From Eledone cirrhosa (taxonomy: Eukaryota): a DNA stretch of 64,000 bases. Under the pieces are notes generated by a model. That model did no database searches and was not told the origin of the DNA. It saw only the letters and a program-made list of their open reading frames with translations. Positions 50,530-64,000 of the stretch are shown piece after piece (the first letter of the stretch is position 1; each line of letters opens with the position of its first letter). Both the position numbers and the translations under genes were made by a program. Location of the stretch: NCBI GenBank assembly GCA_964016885.1, contig OZ024741.1:50468001-50532000 (forward strand), read 5' to 3'.

Positions 50530-53500
50530 CATTATGAACTATAATATAATCTTATTAATTATTATTCTCTATAATAATAAACAGCAGATAAAAATAGAAA
50601 TCCTACTTTGAATTGAGTATGAAAATGTGGTACAGTATTGGATGATGTTGATGGATGAATGCTGTCTTTACTGAATATAAAATCACATGTCATAATTGCC
50701 AGGCAGCCATGATGAATGGATTAGATGACAATCCTGACCTTTTAGACAGTGAGTAGAACAAGTTTGAATTGGTTTACAACAATTTTATTCAAACTTGTTC
50801 TAAATGGATGCTAAACTGTTCAAGAAGAGTCTGCCAGACAACACAACTGAGGAAGATTACACTTATTGGCAACAAATGCTACATATGTACATAACAAAAG
50901 CAAAAGTTCCAGGTGGATCCAAACTGGAGGTACTTAGTCTTCTGCGGAGCCAAGACCTACTCCTTTGTAGAAGAATCAGAAACCTTTGATGCAGCAAGAG
51001 AATGCCTTGACTCCAAGTTTATAAAGAAAGATTCAGCCATAATGATGTGTCATAAGCTACAAAGTCACAAACAAAAGGAAAATGTGTCTATAGAGGAGTT
51101 TATGTTGAGGCCTCCACGCACTAGCCAAGAAGAGTAATATCAAAGCCCTCACTATAGAACGCTACCGAGAAATTCTCATTGGTGATGCCTTTGTGGCTGG
51201 GCTTTAATCACCACTAATCAGGCAGAGATTTCTTGAGTCAACAAATGACAAGCTCAAAATGCTCTATAAGCTTTCTCAAACTATGGAGGCGGCTATTGAG
51301 GACACTCGCAACCTGTTGCAGGGTTCGGCTGGTAGCAGTCAACCACCTGTTTTTTCAGCCCCGAAATCAGTAGGCTTTTGGTGTGGTGGAGACATCAATC
51401 AAAACATTTAATGTCCAGCGAGAAACATCACCTGCAGAAGGTGCCAGAAAAAAGTCACCACCAAGAAACAAACAAAACTCCTCCAAAACAGCACTTATCA
51501 AGGGGTCTGAGAGTAACTCAGAGAGAAGCAGTTATGGAATCTTATCATCCATTATTTTAGCAGCTACAAACGTTACAAGATGACTGATACATGTTAGGAT
51601 CACAGGCAGCAATGCACAGACCCTTCTCGACAGGTTCTAACACGACATTTATCAAAGTGAGATTGCTTGCAGCCTGGAGATTACAATAGTCATACCAGCC
51701 CAGAGAAAGTTAATCTGGCCAACAACACAGCACTGGAGATCCAAGATAAATTCAGTAGCAAACTTCAACTTGGACATAACACCTATAACATTAACTTTCT
51801 CCTGGTTGATCACCTTGTAGCTCCAATCATCATTGGAGTCAATGTCTTCAGTCAACACTGCAGTCACAATTAATTACAAGGGTACGTGGAAACCTGTATC
51901 ATTCTGTATGTGGCTATGTCAAGCCTCAAATGTACCATGTATGAACTACTTCCAGGCATTAAGAGAAGCCTGTGCTATCATAGAATGTTGTTGCAAATGG
52001 TGCCACCTAATTCCTGATTCTTTTTACTGCAACAACGTTACTGACCAACGCTCAGTAGCGATGATCTTCAATAAACAAAGGACCTCTCAAACATAAATTA
52101 CACAAATCTCCTACAAATCAAAACAAAGTGACAGAACCACTGTTCTCTGAAAGACATTCGTGAAATGACATTCACTTGATCTATATGCAACAAACTCAAA
52201 CCCTGCTTCCATAAACCCCTTATGGGTCAGCTAATACAGGCACTGAGACCATGGAGCACCACTCAATTGACTGTTGGCTTCCTGACATCAACTGCACAAT
52301 ACCGCTATTTATTGGTGATAGTTACAAGTACTCAAAGTACCCATTCACAGACATGAGTACTGAAACAGTAATCTCCCACATCTGCTCAACTTCTTTTCAT
52401 TGTTTGGATGACCAAGTTGTATTCATTCTGACAAACCCAATTTAAGAGTAAGAAGCTACGGGAGTTCCTTCAGACCAATGAGACAATAAAACCTTGAACA
52501 TCTCCCTTTCAACCGCAAGGCAATGGCCAATATGACAATCATAAACCTTGCCCTTCAATCTCTATAACTGCATAAAGGACAATGGCAGATGGCTCTTATA
52601 TCACTATCAGCCATGAGAAGACTCCTTTATACAGCTAACAACACAACCCCTCATTCCCATAGCGCTATCAGCCATGAGAAGACAGTACAGCTACCAATAA
52701 AACACCCCATGAGTGAATGGGAACCATTCTACTTATATTTCTCCAAAATACCGGGAGTACAATCCTGCAAATGTTAAATTATTGAAGACAATTTCTACTT
52801 ACTTCGCCCGAGCAGAATCTGGAAATAGGCAAGTGGCTACAGTGTCAACACACGGTCTTGCCTCAGGGGACATTCTCTCATTCAAGGAAGCAACAATAGC
52901 ACACAAACACAATCAGAGCTAACTCGGCAGAATTCAACACAAAACTACAAGATCCCTCCACCAGCAATCAATAGGGAATCGATCACACAGTACAACAATA
53001 GAATCTATGTATCTACAAAGAAACAGAGTTCACAACCTAGCACATGAAAACACTGGCAGATTAGCAATTGGTGAAGAGTTCACCTGAATGAGAATAATAC
53101 TGGCAACAACCAGCCATTCAAGGACAAAAAAGATGAGAAGTCTGAAATCAGAGCAAATTATCAAGACCCCTTCCTATCTAAAAGACTATACATTTTAAAT
53201 GCACCATGGTTCACCTTTCTCTCAGCATGGAAGACTGTTACAAACTATAATATTTTCTTATTCATTATTTTTTACAATAGTAAACAGCAGATAAAAATAT
53301 AGAAATTCTATTTTGAATTGAGTATAAAAGTGTGGTGCAGTATTGAATGATGATGATCAATGGATGCTGTCTTTACTAAATATAAAATCACGTCATAATT
53401 GTCGTGCAGCCATGATGAACGTTTTAGATGACAATCCCGACCTTTAAGAGTGTGCAGAACAAGTTTGAATAAAAACCTTCTTTTTAATTGGTTTACAACA
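50530..53500 (+). mobile_element. Old Ty3/Gypsy LTR retrotransposon with RT deleted; LTRs 50530-50781 and 53236-53500
   Basis: Diverged direct LTRs (3' LTR TG...CA); flanks GGTAA / GGTAG (5-bp TSD, 4/5); decayed gag, protease (LLD), RNase H (EACAII..VTDQRSV) then integrase (TSPFQPQGNGQ). Confidence 0.85.
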
Positions 53501-54104
53501 GGTAGTGGTGTTGGTGGAAACATTGACGATGATGATGATAAATGGAGAGAGATTTAGAGAGAAAAATACAGGGTAAATGATAGAGAGAGAAAAGTGATGA
53601 TGACAATGAGAGCATCACCCCTGTTGCCACTACTATTTCAATTTTTGATTTTTTTTATCCATAAAGATTACACAGCACTGTCAAATAAAATAAGAACTAG
53701 GCACTTACAACACACCAATGGAAATTTGATAAGTCAGAATGAGAATTTACTAAAATAGAAAATGGTTAAACTTCAATAAAATTAGTTAAAATTAATACTT
53801 ATTGCTTTATTTTTGTTGTTTTGTCAACCCTAACAAAAATACTGAAAAATTACCTGATATTCAATTTAACCTCCTTCATACCAAACTGTCAGAAACTGCC
53901 CTTGGTCCTACAATACAAAACTGTTTATTTTAAAGTGTTTATATTTATCTAAAAACTTTCCACCATAATTGTATGTTAAGAACCTTTGTTATGTTCCAAA
54001 TACCAGCTTAGTAGTCAGAAAGTTAGTAATGTTTCTAAACCTCTCCAAATTCTTGATTATTTTCAAAATTATTTGAAATTCATAGGCAGTGTCTTTCTTT
54101 GTTT

Positions 54105-55760
54105 TTATAGCTCCTTTTCCATGTTTGCATGTGTTGGACAGGTCCTTTTCAGTACAGTATCTCTCCACATTGCATCGTCACCCACTCTGTGAGATCAGCT
54201 CTCATAACCTCTACCCAGGTCTTCCTTAGTCTACCTCTATCATAGCTTCCTTCCACTGGGATTTCCTGGCACTTCCTCAACGAGCGATAATCATCCATGC
54301 ACATCACATATCTATACCAATGCAGTCTTCTATCCTGCACACCACCTTGGATTCCTCTTAAACCCAGTTTCTCTGTTAGTTCATCCAAACTCTGCTTTTC
54401 TCTCATTTACATTGCACATCCAATGAAGCATCGTTGCTTGATTTCTCTCCAGCATGTCCTTTAGTCAATGCCCATATTTCACTACCATGCAGCATCACCG
54501 TTTGCACACAGGCATCATGTCATCCTTTTGTTGTCAACAGTGGTAGTACTTCTCTAAAGTTCTTCCTTCCTTTCCTTATTCTACCTACTATGCTCTCAGA
54601 GCACCTTCCTCTCCTGCTGATTGAGTCACCTAGATAGCAGAAGCTATCAACCATTTCTATGGATCCTTCCTGTGATTGAAAAAGGTTTATATCAGACACA
54701 CTTCCCATCGATTACCCATGCATCTACATACAAAGTCTTTGTTTCCTGTTATCTCACTACATCTATTGTATACCCACAATTTACATTGTGTACATCGTAG
54801 AAAGTTCATGATTACTCCTTTCCTTCATATTGAACAGGGCCACTTCTCTGAGGGAATCAAGGTCCTATCTTCTTTCTTACTCGCTAGCACTTTAGTTTTA
54901 GCGAAGTTTACTCTCAAGCCTTTTGATTCTAAATTTTGTTTCCATAGTCGGAACTTATTCTTTAGTTCTTTTAAGGATTCAGCTATAAGGACCAGATCAT
55001 CCACATAGAGAAGTTTCCATGGATAACCAGTCTTAAACTCCTCTGTTATGGCCTGGAGAACTATGATGAATAGCAGTGGGATAAGAACTGAACCCTGAAT
55101 TCCTCACTAAACTCCCTTTACTGACAGCTCTTCTGTACATGGCTTGCATTGCTCTCACAAGACATTCTTCTACACCTAATTTTCTTAAGGACCACCAGAT
55201 AATAGATCAAGGTACTATGTCAAAGGCCTTTTTTAGATCAACAAAAGCTAAATATAGCAGTTTATTCTTGCAGCAATTTATGATTGTACTGTTGCTGGGT
55301 TACTAGTTTGACTCCTACTTCACCCAATACTTTTAGCATCTCAGCAATTATCTCTAACAGTCCCGCAATTTTACCACTCGTCATCTCCTTGACTGATTCT
55401 TTGACCCTATAACTGTCAACTTCAATAGTTGGTCCTTCGGTTGAGTAAGTTGGGGGTAGTCTTTTTTCCTTCCATTCATTCTCTCGTAGTAACATTTCCA
55501 AATCTCTTTCTTTGGAGCATCAGTGGTGCTAAGTGCATTAATGTCATTTCAAACACACTTTCCCCCCTAACATCCCAATTCACACTACCTTGCAATGTAG
55601 AACACTCCACATCTCTGATTCTCTTGGCATTAGCAAACTTTCTTTTTTTAGCCTCTCTCTCAGCTGTGTATACCTGTCATCTAGCTTTTTTCTTAGCTAC
55701 TTGGTAGTCTCAGTTACTCCAATTTTTCCAGTCTTTCCACGCCTGTTTTTAGGCTCTATC
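54105..55760 (-). mobile_element. Degenerate RTE LINE RT region
   Basis: AFVDLKKAFD, VDSFCYLGDSIS, RRLHWY..GRLRKTW motifs. Confidence 0.85.
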
Positions 55761-56714
55761 CACTGTGCTGTTCCACCACTAGATCACTCTCGGTCAGGCT
55801 GGTTTCTACAGCAAGGTACCCTTCCTGATGCCAACCGCCCACACAGAGTGTACTGGGTACATTTTTGTAGCACCATCACTAGAGGTTGTTGGTCACAGAC
55901 CCAACTGTAGAGCCCTCTCAACTCTGGGTTGGGGGCAATAGGGGCGAGAGATAGGCATTAAGTTATAGGTGTATGTCAGAATGAGTAGGGGTGGCTGATT
56001 TCTGTTTGGGGATGTAGTGGAGTGAGGGATCTTGTCAATATGGTGGGAGTGGTGGCGTGATAAAGATAGGTAGGGGGTAAGGCGTAGGTGTAGCTGGTTG
56101 GTGTATGGGGAGAGGGGATGTAGGGGAGTGAAAGATGTTCTCAATAGAAAAGAGGGTGGTCATGGTGGAAAGATAGGAAAGGAGGTAAAGGGGTGGTAAT
56201 GTGTCTATTCCATTTGTCTGTAAGTAGTCTCGTTGAGGCACCCCTCCATCTCACCTCTTGTACACAACATACATCTACTTCTCTTCTCTAACAGTTCCAC
56301 AATTTCCCCTGATTTAATTTTGAGGGTGCCAACATTGAGGGTGGCAGTCCTGAAATTTGTAAATTAACAGTTAGTTCCTTGAGTAGCAGTTCTTTGTACC
56401 TGGAAAGGGAAAAGGCTGTGCAATTGCTTGATGATGGTTGAGAGGTTCTCGCACATGGCTATTTTGGCCACCCCACTACTGTGTGAAGTACTAACATGAC
56501 TAATGTTAGCCCTGTATACGTAATTAATCTTAATCTTTGTTGTAGTCTCCATAATTTTGGCATGGTTTTTTTTCTGGCTGGATGCCCCACTTATCACCAA
56601 CCACTTTACAGCATGGACTGGGTGCATTATTTATGCCACCAGCACTATAGAGGTTGTCGTACTGGACTTGAGCGCCCTCTCCACTCTATTTCAGTCTTTA
56701 TTCAGAGTCTACTC

Positions 56715-57110
56715 TCCTAGATGGGTTGCCTTCACTACAGCTTACGAAGTCCACATTTGCTCTATGCAGTCGTTTTTTATTTGAAGTTACTGCTCTCCTA
56801 GATGAGTTGCCTTCAGTATGGCTTACAGAGTTCACATTTGTCTTGTGCAGAGACGAGTTGCCTTCACTACAGCTTACGAAGTCCTCATCTGTACCATGTA
56901 GTCATTTTTAATCAGAGTTACTGCCTGCCAAGACAGGTTACCTTCACAACAGCTTACAGAGTCCATGTCTGTCCTGTGCAGTCATTTTTAATTGAAGTCA
57001 CTGCTCTCCAAGATGGATTGCCTTCACTACAGCTTATGGAAGCCAGGTCTACCTCGTGCAGCCAATCCTAGCTGGAATCACTACCCTCCTAGACAGGCTG
57101 CCTTCTAACT
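56715..57110 (+). repeat. Degenerate ~50-80-bp tandem repeat
   Basis: Recurring TTGCCTTCACTACAGCTTAC. Confidence 0.7.
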
Positions 57111-57587
57111 CAAGCATCTTAAGAATCACTTGTTTGTCTTCTAAGCATAGTTATGGTCTAGAGTAGCAAATCAACATTTGTCATGTGAGAGGGTATGCCT
57201 GAAAAGCAAAGGAACAGAAAGTGGTGGAAAGGTGGTGGGCAGGAGGGATAAGGTGAACACATCACTAGAATAAAGTTTTCAAAAAGGGGTAAAAAGTATT
57301 AATGAAACAAAATAGAATATATGAGTGGAATATATATGACTCTTGGCTTAGTTGAGTTAGTTTGTTCACAAGCAAAATCCTCATGTATATATCCCTGGTA
57401 TTTTACAAGGATAGGATGTTGGCATAGCACACCAAGGGGTAAAGATAGTAGTGATACTGAGAGAAAGAGAGAGAGAGAGGGGGAGGGAGAAAGGGGAAGA
57501 TAAACAGGATAAACCGTTTCAAACGTCGCTAGAGTGAAGTTTTCAAGATAGAGGGAAAAAGCATTTCTAGAACAGGATATGATATGA

Positions 57588-57662
57588 ATGGAATATAGTC
57601 ATATAATTCATGTTCACCGTGGATATTCCATGGTGAACATGAATTATATGACTATAATCCAT
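57588..57662. repeat. Near-perfect hairpin/palindrome
   Basis: 25-bp perfect arms 57594-57618 / 57632-57656 plus inner and outer pairs, 3-nt loop. Confidence 0.95.
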
Positions 57663-58649
57663 CAAGCTAATATTACTCAATTAAAGCTCATCTAAATAAT
57701 CAAATATTTCTTCTCCATTTTATCTCATGTTTCATTCTTCATCATTGTCCAAAGATCATAAATGAGAAACACAAAGTAAGAAATTGTAAAGTTTCAGGTT
57801 CTAATAAAATACAATATAGTACTCTACCTTTGATATTGAGTACTCTCTTTTCTCCTTGTTCACATTCAAATGTTTACACACACACCTTCTAGTGAGTTCT
57901 AACAGAAGCTACCATCCCCAATTTATCCAGCTGAGTTCATAGATGTTATCTAACCATCTTGCTTGGGGTCTATCACTGGGTCTTCTGCCAGTTGGTTTTT
58001 ACCTGTATAATCTGTCCAGTGATTCTTTCATTAGATACTCTAACTACATGTCTGTAGTATCAGACCTATGATCTTTCCATGTAGAGAAGTAGTGGTCCTA
58101 CATGGAGTAACTCCCTGATTTCTGAGCTACATACTCTAATAAGTAACGTTACTCAAAAGACCCTTTGGAGGAACCTTATTTTGGCCGCTTTTATTTGTGA
58201 TCGTATTCATTCGGTGATTACACAAGACTCATGACCATAGATAAGGGTTGGCATTAAAACTGAATTGAAGATAGCAACTTTGGTGCATTACTGCACCAGC
58301 TCCTGCAATTCTTGCACTTAATTCAGTCTCCTGCCTTCTATCACTTGAGAACATTGTCTTGAGATACTTGAACTTCTCCATTTGTTTGTTGTTCTAATTA
58401 AATATCATTGAGTCATGTAGTAAGTGTGGAATCTGATATAGCAAGGAAACAATGGCTGTGGTAAGATTTGAATTTCTAACCAGCCATAGAGTCAGTAAGT
58501 TAACCTCACTGCTACACAATAAAAATTTCAATATCTAAAAGTTTTGCCTAACAAACTAACAAAGAGACACTAAATATGATTAATTTCATCTTAAAATCAC
58601 ACAATTTCTTCCCCAAAACACAAACAGTCAGAAAATGATGAATTTCTGT

Positions 58650-58828
58650 GGTCCACACTGTAAATGTGGTTGTGTTAGGAAGGGCATCCAGCCGTAGAAA
58701 ACCTGCCAGACAGTCCTATACGAGCAAGACATGGTCACCGACCATTCTTGCCTCAAGTAGGACAACTCCCGCCTAAACCCATGCTAGTGTGGAAGATAGA
58801 CGTTAAACGATGATGATGATGATGATGA
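58650..58828 (+). mobile_element. RTE-family 3' tail
   Basis: GTTAGGAAGGGCATCCAG...GACGTTAAAC(GAT)n. Confidence 0.75.
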
Positions 58829-59126
58829 AGCTGACTCTGCTAGTCTATACCTGAGGAATGGACTAAAATCCAAACCCTGTTTATAAGCCAAGGCAGCTAA
58901 TCAACACATTATGGTGCTGTTTTGAAATTCTCATGAGTGTAGAAAATATTTGCAAAGTTTTAATATTTTGAGATTTAAAATGCTTTAAGTGTCGTTTAGA
59001 GTATAGTTTCTGTTTCACAATTCCACTACGCAATGATTTTTTTTACCATTTCATCCATTTTATAAAGTTTCAAGTTTCTCGAATATTTGTTTACTTTTGG
59101 CTACTTAAATGCTGGGAGATCATTAA

Positions 59127-59347
59127 CCCTTTAGCATTTACATTACTTTATATATACTATTATATTTTTGTGTTAAAGGCTTTATCTCACATAATTATCC
59201 CACATAATATGGAATCTATGGGATTTTGGTATTATTTATTTTGAGAATAATACCTTTATATCAGTATGAGTCACTAGTTATGACCGGTTTGAACAGAAAA
59301 ACGTGAGAGAATTCTGGCCGGATATAGCCAGTTTAAATGCTAAAGGG
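59127..59347. mobile_element. Complete piggyBac-type MITE
   Basis: TTAA on both sides; 14-bp TIR CCCTTTAGCATTTA / TAAATGCTAAAGGG. Confidence 0.85.
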
Positions 59348-59482
59348 TTAATCACACTAGAGGGGAGATTGAAATGAATAGAGAATAGTTGAAAGAGATC
59401 AACTAAGAGAAGACTGTATAAGGACAGAGAGTAGAAGGAGGATGAAGAGACAGAAAGAGAGAGAGGGGGTAAGCAGGATGAG

Positions 59483-59486
<4 letters not shown>

Positions 59487-59547
<61 letters not shown>
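59487..59547. repeat. (GA)n microsatellite
   Basis: ~30 GA units. Confidence 0.95.
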
Positions 59548-59550
<3 letters not shown>

Positions 59551-60408
59551 ATGAAATAAAACAAACCAAGATTGAAAGAAAAAGTATAATTACATAAGTC
59601 ACAGAGAAAAACAGTCAGCACACGTGTTTATGTACACATGTACATGTATGCATTTATGTGTAGGGGATATTAAAAAGTTCAAATAATAAAACTTTGTGGG
59701 AATGTTTTCAAGACAATGCATACATAAAACTCCTTGTGATAGAGGAAATGTAGAAAAACAGTGTTTCATTGTGAAATAATCACTCTAGATATTTTAGCAC
59801 CTTATTGACATAGAATTTGAAGTTGGTGAAAATCGTTAAAATATTGACCCCAATTATAAGCCTCCCTGGTTTTACCGTTGATTTTTTGGTCACATATTCC
59901 TTGGTTTATATTCAAGTATGTGAATTAAATTATTAAAAATGAAAAATCAAAGCAAAACTAATTAAATAAGAGAGAAAAAGAAAGAAATAAAAGAGAAAAA
60001 TTTAAGAGGTTAGAATGGTTTAAAATGTGAAACCCCTGTACTGGTGCTGACAGTTTCCCTTAACTAACCAATGTCCAGTAAAGTGGGACCACCACCACCA
60101 CCAAGTATTGTTGTTCTTATGATTAACATGTGTAAATTTATCACCCCTGAAATGACCCTACCCCTTCCTCACCACCATTGTGAGGATTTCCCTCCATCAG
60201 AAGGAGGAAGGTATTACCAATCATATTGACCACCCTTGATGGCTAATTGAACTTCCTACACCATAAATACTCTTAACAGTTTTCCAAAAGGTGGCGAAAT
60301 GAACAGACCTGCTTTTTCTCTAAGAAATATTTTTTGTTTCTACCCCTGCTCACTCTCTTCTATCTTTCTATATCTATTAAGCATGAATCTAATATATATA
60401 TATAATAT

Positions 60409-60735
60409 GGAGGCACATGGCTTAGTGGTTAGAGCATTGGCTTTGCAATCGAAAGGTTGTGAGTTTAATTCTCAGACCGGGTGATGTGTTGTTTCCTTGA
60501 GCAAGACACTTTATTCCACATTGCTCCAGTTTACTCAGCTGTAGAAATGAGATGATAGGGACTGGGGTCCATATCATTCCACTGCAAAGTGGTCGTGGAG
60601 GTGCCATGGCAAAAAAGCACCCAGGACTCGCTGTAAATGAGGTTGGTGTTAGGAAGGGCATCCAGCTGTAGAAATGAAGCCAGAATCAGTTCCCGTCCCA
60701 CCCTTGCAAGCAGGAAAAAGCGGACGTAAAATGAA
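60409..60735 (+). mobile_element. Full-length family-A CORE SINE
   Basis: Matches 43141-43475. Confidence 0.9.
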
Positions 60736-62117
60736 ATATAAAAAATATTATATCTGTATGAGCAAGACATGGCCAGCTGACCTGACTTGCCTCAAGTGGG
60801 ACAACCATTCTCACCCATGCTAGTGTGGAAAATAGACGTTAATGATGATGATGATGATGATAATGATGATAATATATATATTCTTTCACTAGTTTCAATC
60901 ATTGTGGAGACACCACCTTTTACGGTTTAGGGGATTACATTGGATCCAGAGATTATTTCATTCACCTCAGATGGACAAAAGTCAAAGTGGACAAAGATGG
61001 GAACTGAATTCAAGATATAAAAGAAGACAACTAAATACCAGCTGATATTTTGTCTGACAATCTAAGATTCTGCTACCTACCTATACATATTTAATTTTTT
61101 TTAACTCTCCCTGTATAGATGAAAAGATAAAATCAAATATTAACAAGGGCAGGGTTTGAAATCAGAAACGGAAGATCACAGACCAAATAGCAAAAGGCAT
61201 CAATTTCAGTGGTCAACTATTTCTGCCAAGACCACTACCATCAGTTACTATTAAAATAGAATGGTTGAAAGATATAGAAAGATAGAGAGAAAGAGAAGGG
61301 AAAGATAGAAAAAGGGATTGGGAGAAAATTCTCCCATCTCCATCAAAAGAGATGTATTGAATTTAATGAAGCCACTAAGTCACACAAACGTGTCAGCTGT
61401 AAGAAGTGTAGGTTGAATTGGGACTTATTCTCCGTCTCAGTTCGTTGCTAGGGCGTCAGGAGTTCTAGTTTGGACTTTTCCTTCTCCTGCTGTTGTCGGA
61501 TTTCTCAGGAAGTTAGGAGGGAGAAATAAAAAAAAAATCTTTATTTTACATCTTCAAAAGCTTATATCTTTTTTTCTCTTTAGTTAATTAAAACTAAATG
61601 TTTCAGTAGTTACTGTAGTAATAGCTACCGTAATACTAGTAGTTGTAGTTGTAAGGGTTGTTGTTTCCAAGTATTCAGGTGGTCAAGTTGTTGTGTAAGT
61701 GATGTCATTGTCAATATACTGACCAGGTATAATCCAATCAGTGACAGATGGTTAGTTTGACATTGTCCACTTTTCTGATTCAGTTTTTCTAGTCTTTCCA
61801 TCATTTCTCTTTAAATCTGTTTCACATTTTTGGTTTCACACATTTTCAGAATATTCTTCTATTTCTTTTTCTTTTTTTTTTAAAATACTAATCAATCGTA
61901 CAACATATACCTAGCATTTAACACAAACCCAAACACGCTCATTCATTCATGCTTACACACACTCATTCACAGACACAAAACACAGTAATATACACAGACA
62001 AACACATTCATTCAGAGACACAGAACACAGTAATATACACAGACACACACAAATCATAGCAACATACTCATACCAAGACACATCCAGGCAATGCTCACAC
62101 ACCCAGTCATGTCTTAC

Positions 62118-62353
62118 TCATGTTTTTGGTTGTACGTCGATTCTGAAGATACTACAGCTGGCTCAGGTGTGTCGTAGCAAGTTATAGTCAAGTCTGTTGA
62201 CGTAGTAGTAGTAATATCAGTAGTAGTAGTAGTAGTTGTATGAATAGTTACAGTAGTAGTAATAGTAGTTGTTGTTGTTGTGGTTGTCATGTTGGTATGA
62301 TAAAGTGGGAGAAGTGAGTCAGTAGGAAGGCTGTCATCGTAACAAGTGATCAC
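62118..62353 (-). CDS. Candidate Thr-rich (mucin-like) exon
   Basis: tttgcAG acceptor, GA|gtaaga donor, open frame VITCYDDS..poly-Thr..TITCYDTPEP with ITCYD repeated. Confidence 0.3.
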
Positions 62354-62430
62354 CTGCAAATATGTCTGGAAATAGAAGCAAGGTAACAAATCAGGATTTA
62401 AAAGAAAAAAAAAATATTTATATAAATAAT

Positions 62431-62622
62431 AATTGTTTCTACCTTTTGGCACAAGGCCAGCATTTACCCCAGTGCATTACTGGTACTTTATTTTATTGAC
62501 CCCGTAAGGATGAAAGGCAAAGGTAACCTCGGCAGGAATTGAACTCAGAATGTAAAGGGCCATAACTCTATACCGCAAAGCATAGTGTCTGATGCTCTAC
62601 CAATACTGCCAATCCATTGCCC
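62431..62622 (-). mobile_element. Family-B SINE
   Basis: Matches 7765-7951. Confidence 0.8.
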
Positions 62623-63367
62623 TTATATAATTAATAATAATAATAAAAATTTTTCCTTTTAGTATTTGTTCCCTTAAAAAATTTTCTTTTCTTTTTGGAA
62701 AAAATAAATTAAATTAAATTAAAGATAAAAAAAGAAAGCAACAAAAATAGGATGTAAAGATAAGGAGATAAGGGGAAGAGATGAAAGTGTCAAGGAAGAA
62801 AGATGTCATTTTGTTGATGTCTGCGGTGGAAGGCCAGAAGAACAACTAACCATTGACAGAGGATCTCTTGCTCAATGCACATTGCAACATACTATTAAAA
62901 CCTTACAAGGAATTAGCTGGCTGCAAAACAAAAAAAATCTTCACATGCAAACATATACATACTAGTGTACCACATGACCTAGTGGTTAGGGTGTTGGACT
63001 CACAACCACTGCTACTGCTGGCTGAGAGAGACAGAGAGATGGGAGGAGGAGAGGAAGGAGCATGAATGTCCTTGGGGAGCTAAACCCTTTTTCTGCAAGT
63101 AGTTGATAGCACCACGATGCCAAATTTTGTCCATTTTCAAGAGAAGTCGTTACTAGTTACATTTGAAGTCCTCTTTGAACAGTTAGATGTCAGTTTACCT
63201 AGAAAAAAACAATGCAGTTATTAATAAGATGAGTTGAAATTAATGCATACAAGATTTCACAGCTCTAGCATCACACCTTCATAGTCAGCCTATGAACTTT
63301 TCAGCCCACTCTCATATGATCAAAGATGTTCCAACCATGACTATCCCACCATTTATTCAGACAGTAT

Positions 63368-63712
63368 CATTTCATCATCATCATTTCATTTTACGTCTGC
63401 TTTTTCCCTGCTTGCAAGGGTGGGACGGGAACTGATTCTGGCTTGATTTCTACAGATGGATGCTCTTCCTAACACCAACCTCATTTACAGTGAGTGCTGG
63501 GTGCTTTTTTGCCGTGGCACCTCCACGGCCACTTTGTAGTGGAATGATATGGACCCCAGTCCCTATCATCTCATTTCTACAGCTGAGTAAACTGGAGCAA
63601 TGTGAAATAAAGTGTCTTGCTCAAGGAAACAACACATCACCCGGTCTGAGAATTGAACTCACAACCTTTCGATTGCAAGCCCAATGCTCTAACCATTAAG
63701 CCATGTGCCTCC
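63368..63712 (-). mobile_element. Full-length family-A CORE SINE
   Basis: Reverse complement of 60409-60735. Confidence 0.9.
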
Positions 63713-64000
63713 ATCTCTCAAACATTATCCAATGTGTCCTTTTTTGGTTTTTAAACCCAAGTCAACCTAAATTAGGCAGACCTATAAATCAAAGCTGTTC
63801 CAAACATGACCATCCCATAATTTATTCAGACATAGTGTATCTAGGATTAAATTATCCAATGTGTTTTTAAGACTGTAAAGAATGAATTGAAGTAGATTTG
63901 GCCTGGTGGGGTAGGGGAAGTCATAGCAAACCAAGTTGGCCAATCAAAAATAGCAACAAAGACCTCTACCAAGAGAAGCATTTTTTAAAAAACAGCTTTG

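Noticed and set aside
59399-59621. SLSLSL ORFs
   Set aside because: (GA)n microsatellite translation.

Overview
AT-rich, repeat-dense eukaryotic (animal) DNA. The SINE/LINE repertoire (tRNA-headed CORE-type SINEs with RTE-like (GAT)n tails, MetaSINE-type elements) points to a coleoid cephalopod, probably an octopod; this is inference. Host genes: (1) a ~3.1-kb terminal coding exon of an unidentified Ser/Pro-rich protein with clustered CDK sites (+, 3114-6201); (2) a solitary intronless histone H2B with no recognisable stem-loop (+, 13830-14198); (3) a complete six-exon elongation factor 1-beta gene (EEF1B2-like, -, 18638-35354, 224 aa, all GT-AG); (4) two inverted copies of an RMND5-like first coding exon. 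The rest is decayed RTE, Tx1 and CRE LINEs, SINEs, Helitrons, a Gypsy LTR element with both LTRs, Tc1/mariner, hAT and piggyBac-type MITEs, and minisatellites. Most interesting: a 1.7-kb foldback (36566-38262) whose ~770-bp inverted arms each carry the RMND5 exon fused to a Tx1 LINE 3' end, next to the EEF1B2 promoter; an 83-bp inverted repeat whose arms each contain a minimal, Penelope-type hammerhead ribozyme motif (46452-46636); and a recent ~988-bp tandem amplification in EEF1B2 intron 1 that ends at a perfect hairpin and triplicates a candidate H/ACA snoRNA. Boundaries of decayed repeats are approximate, and family names come from recalled motifs rather than database searches.
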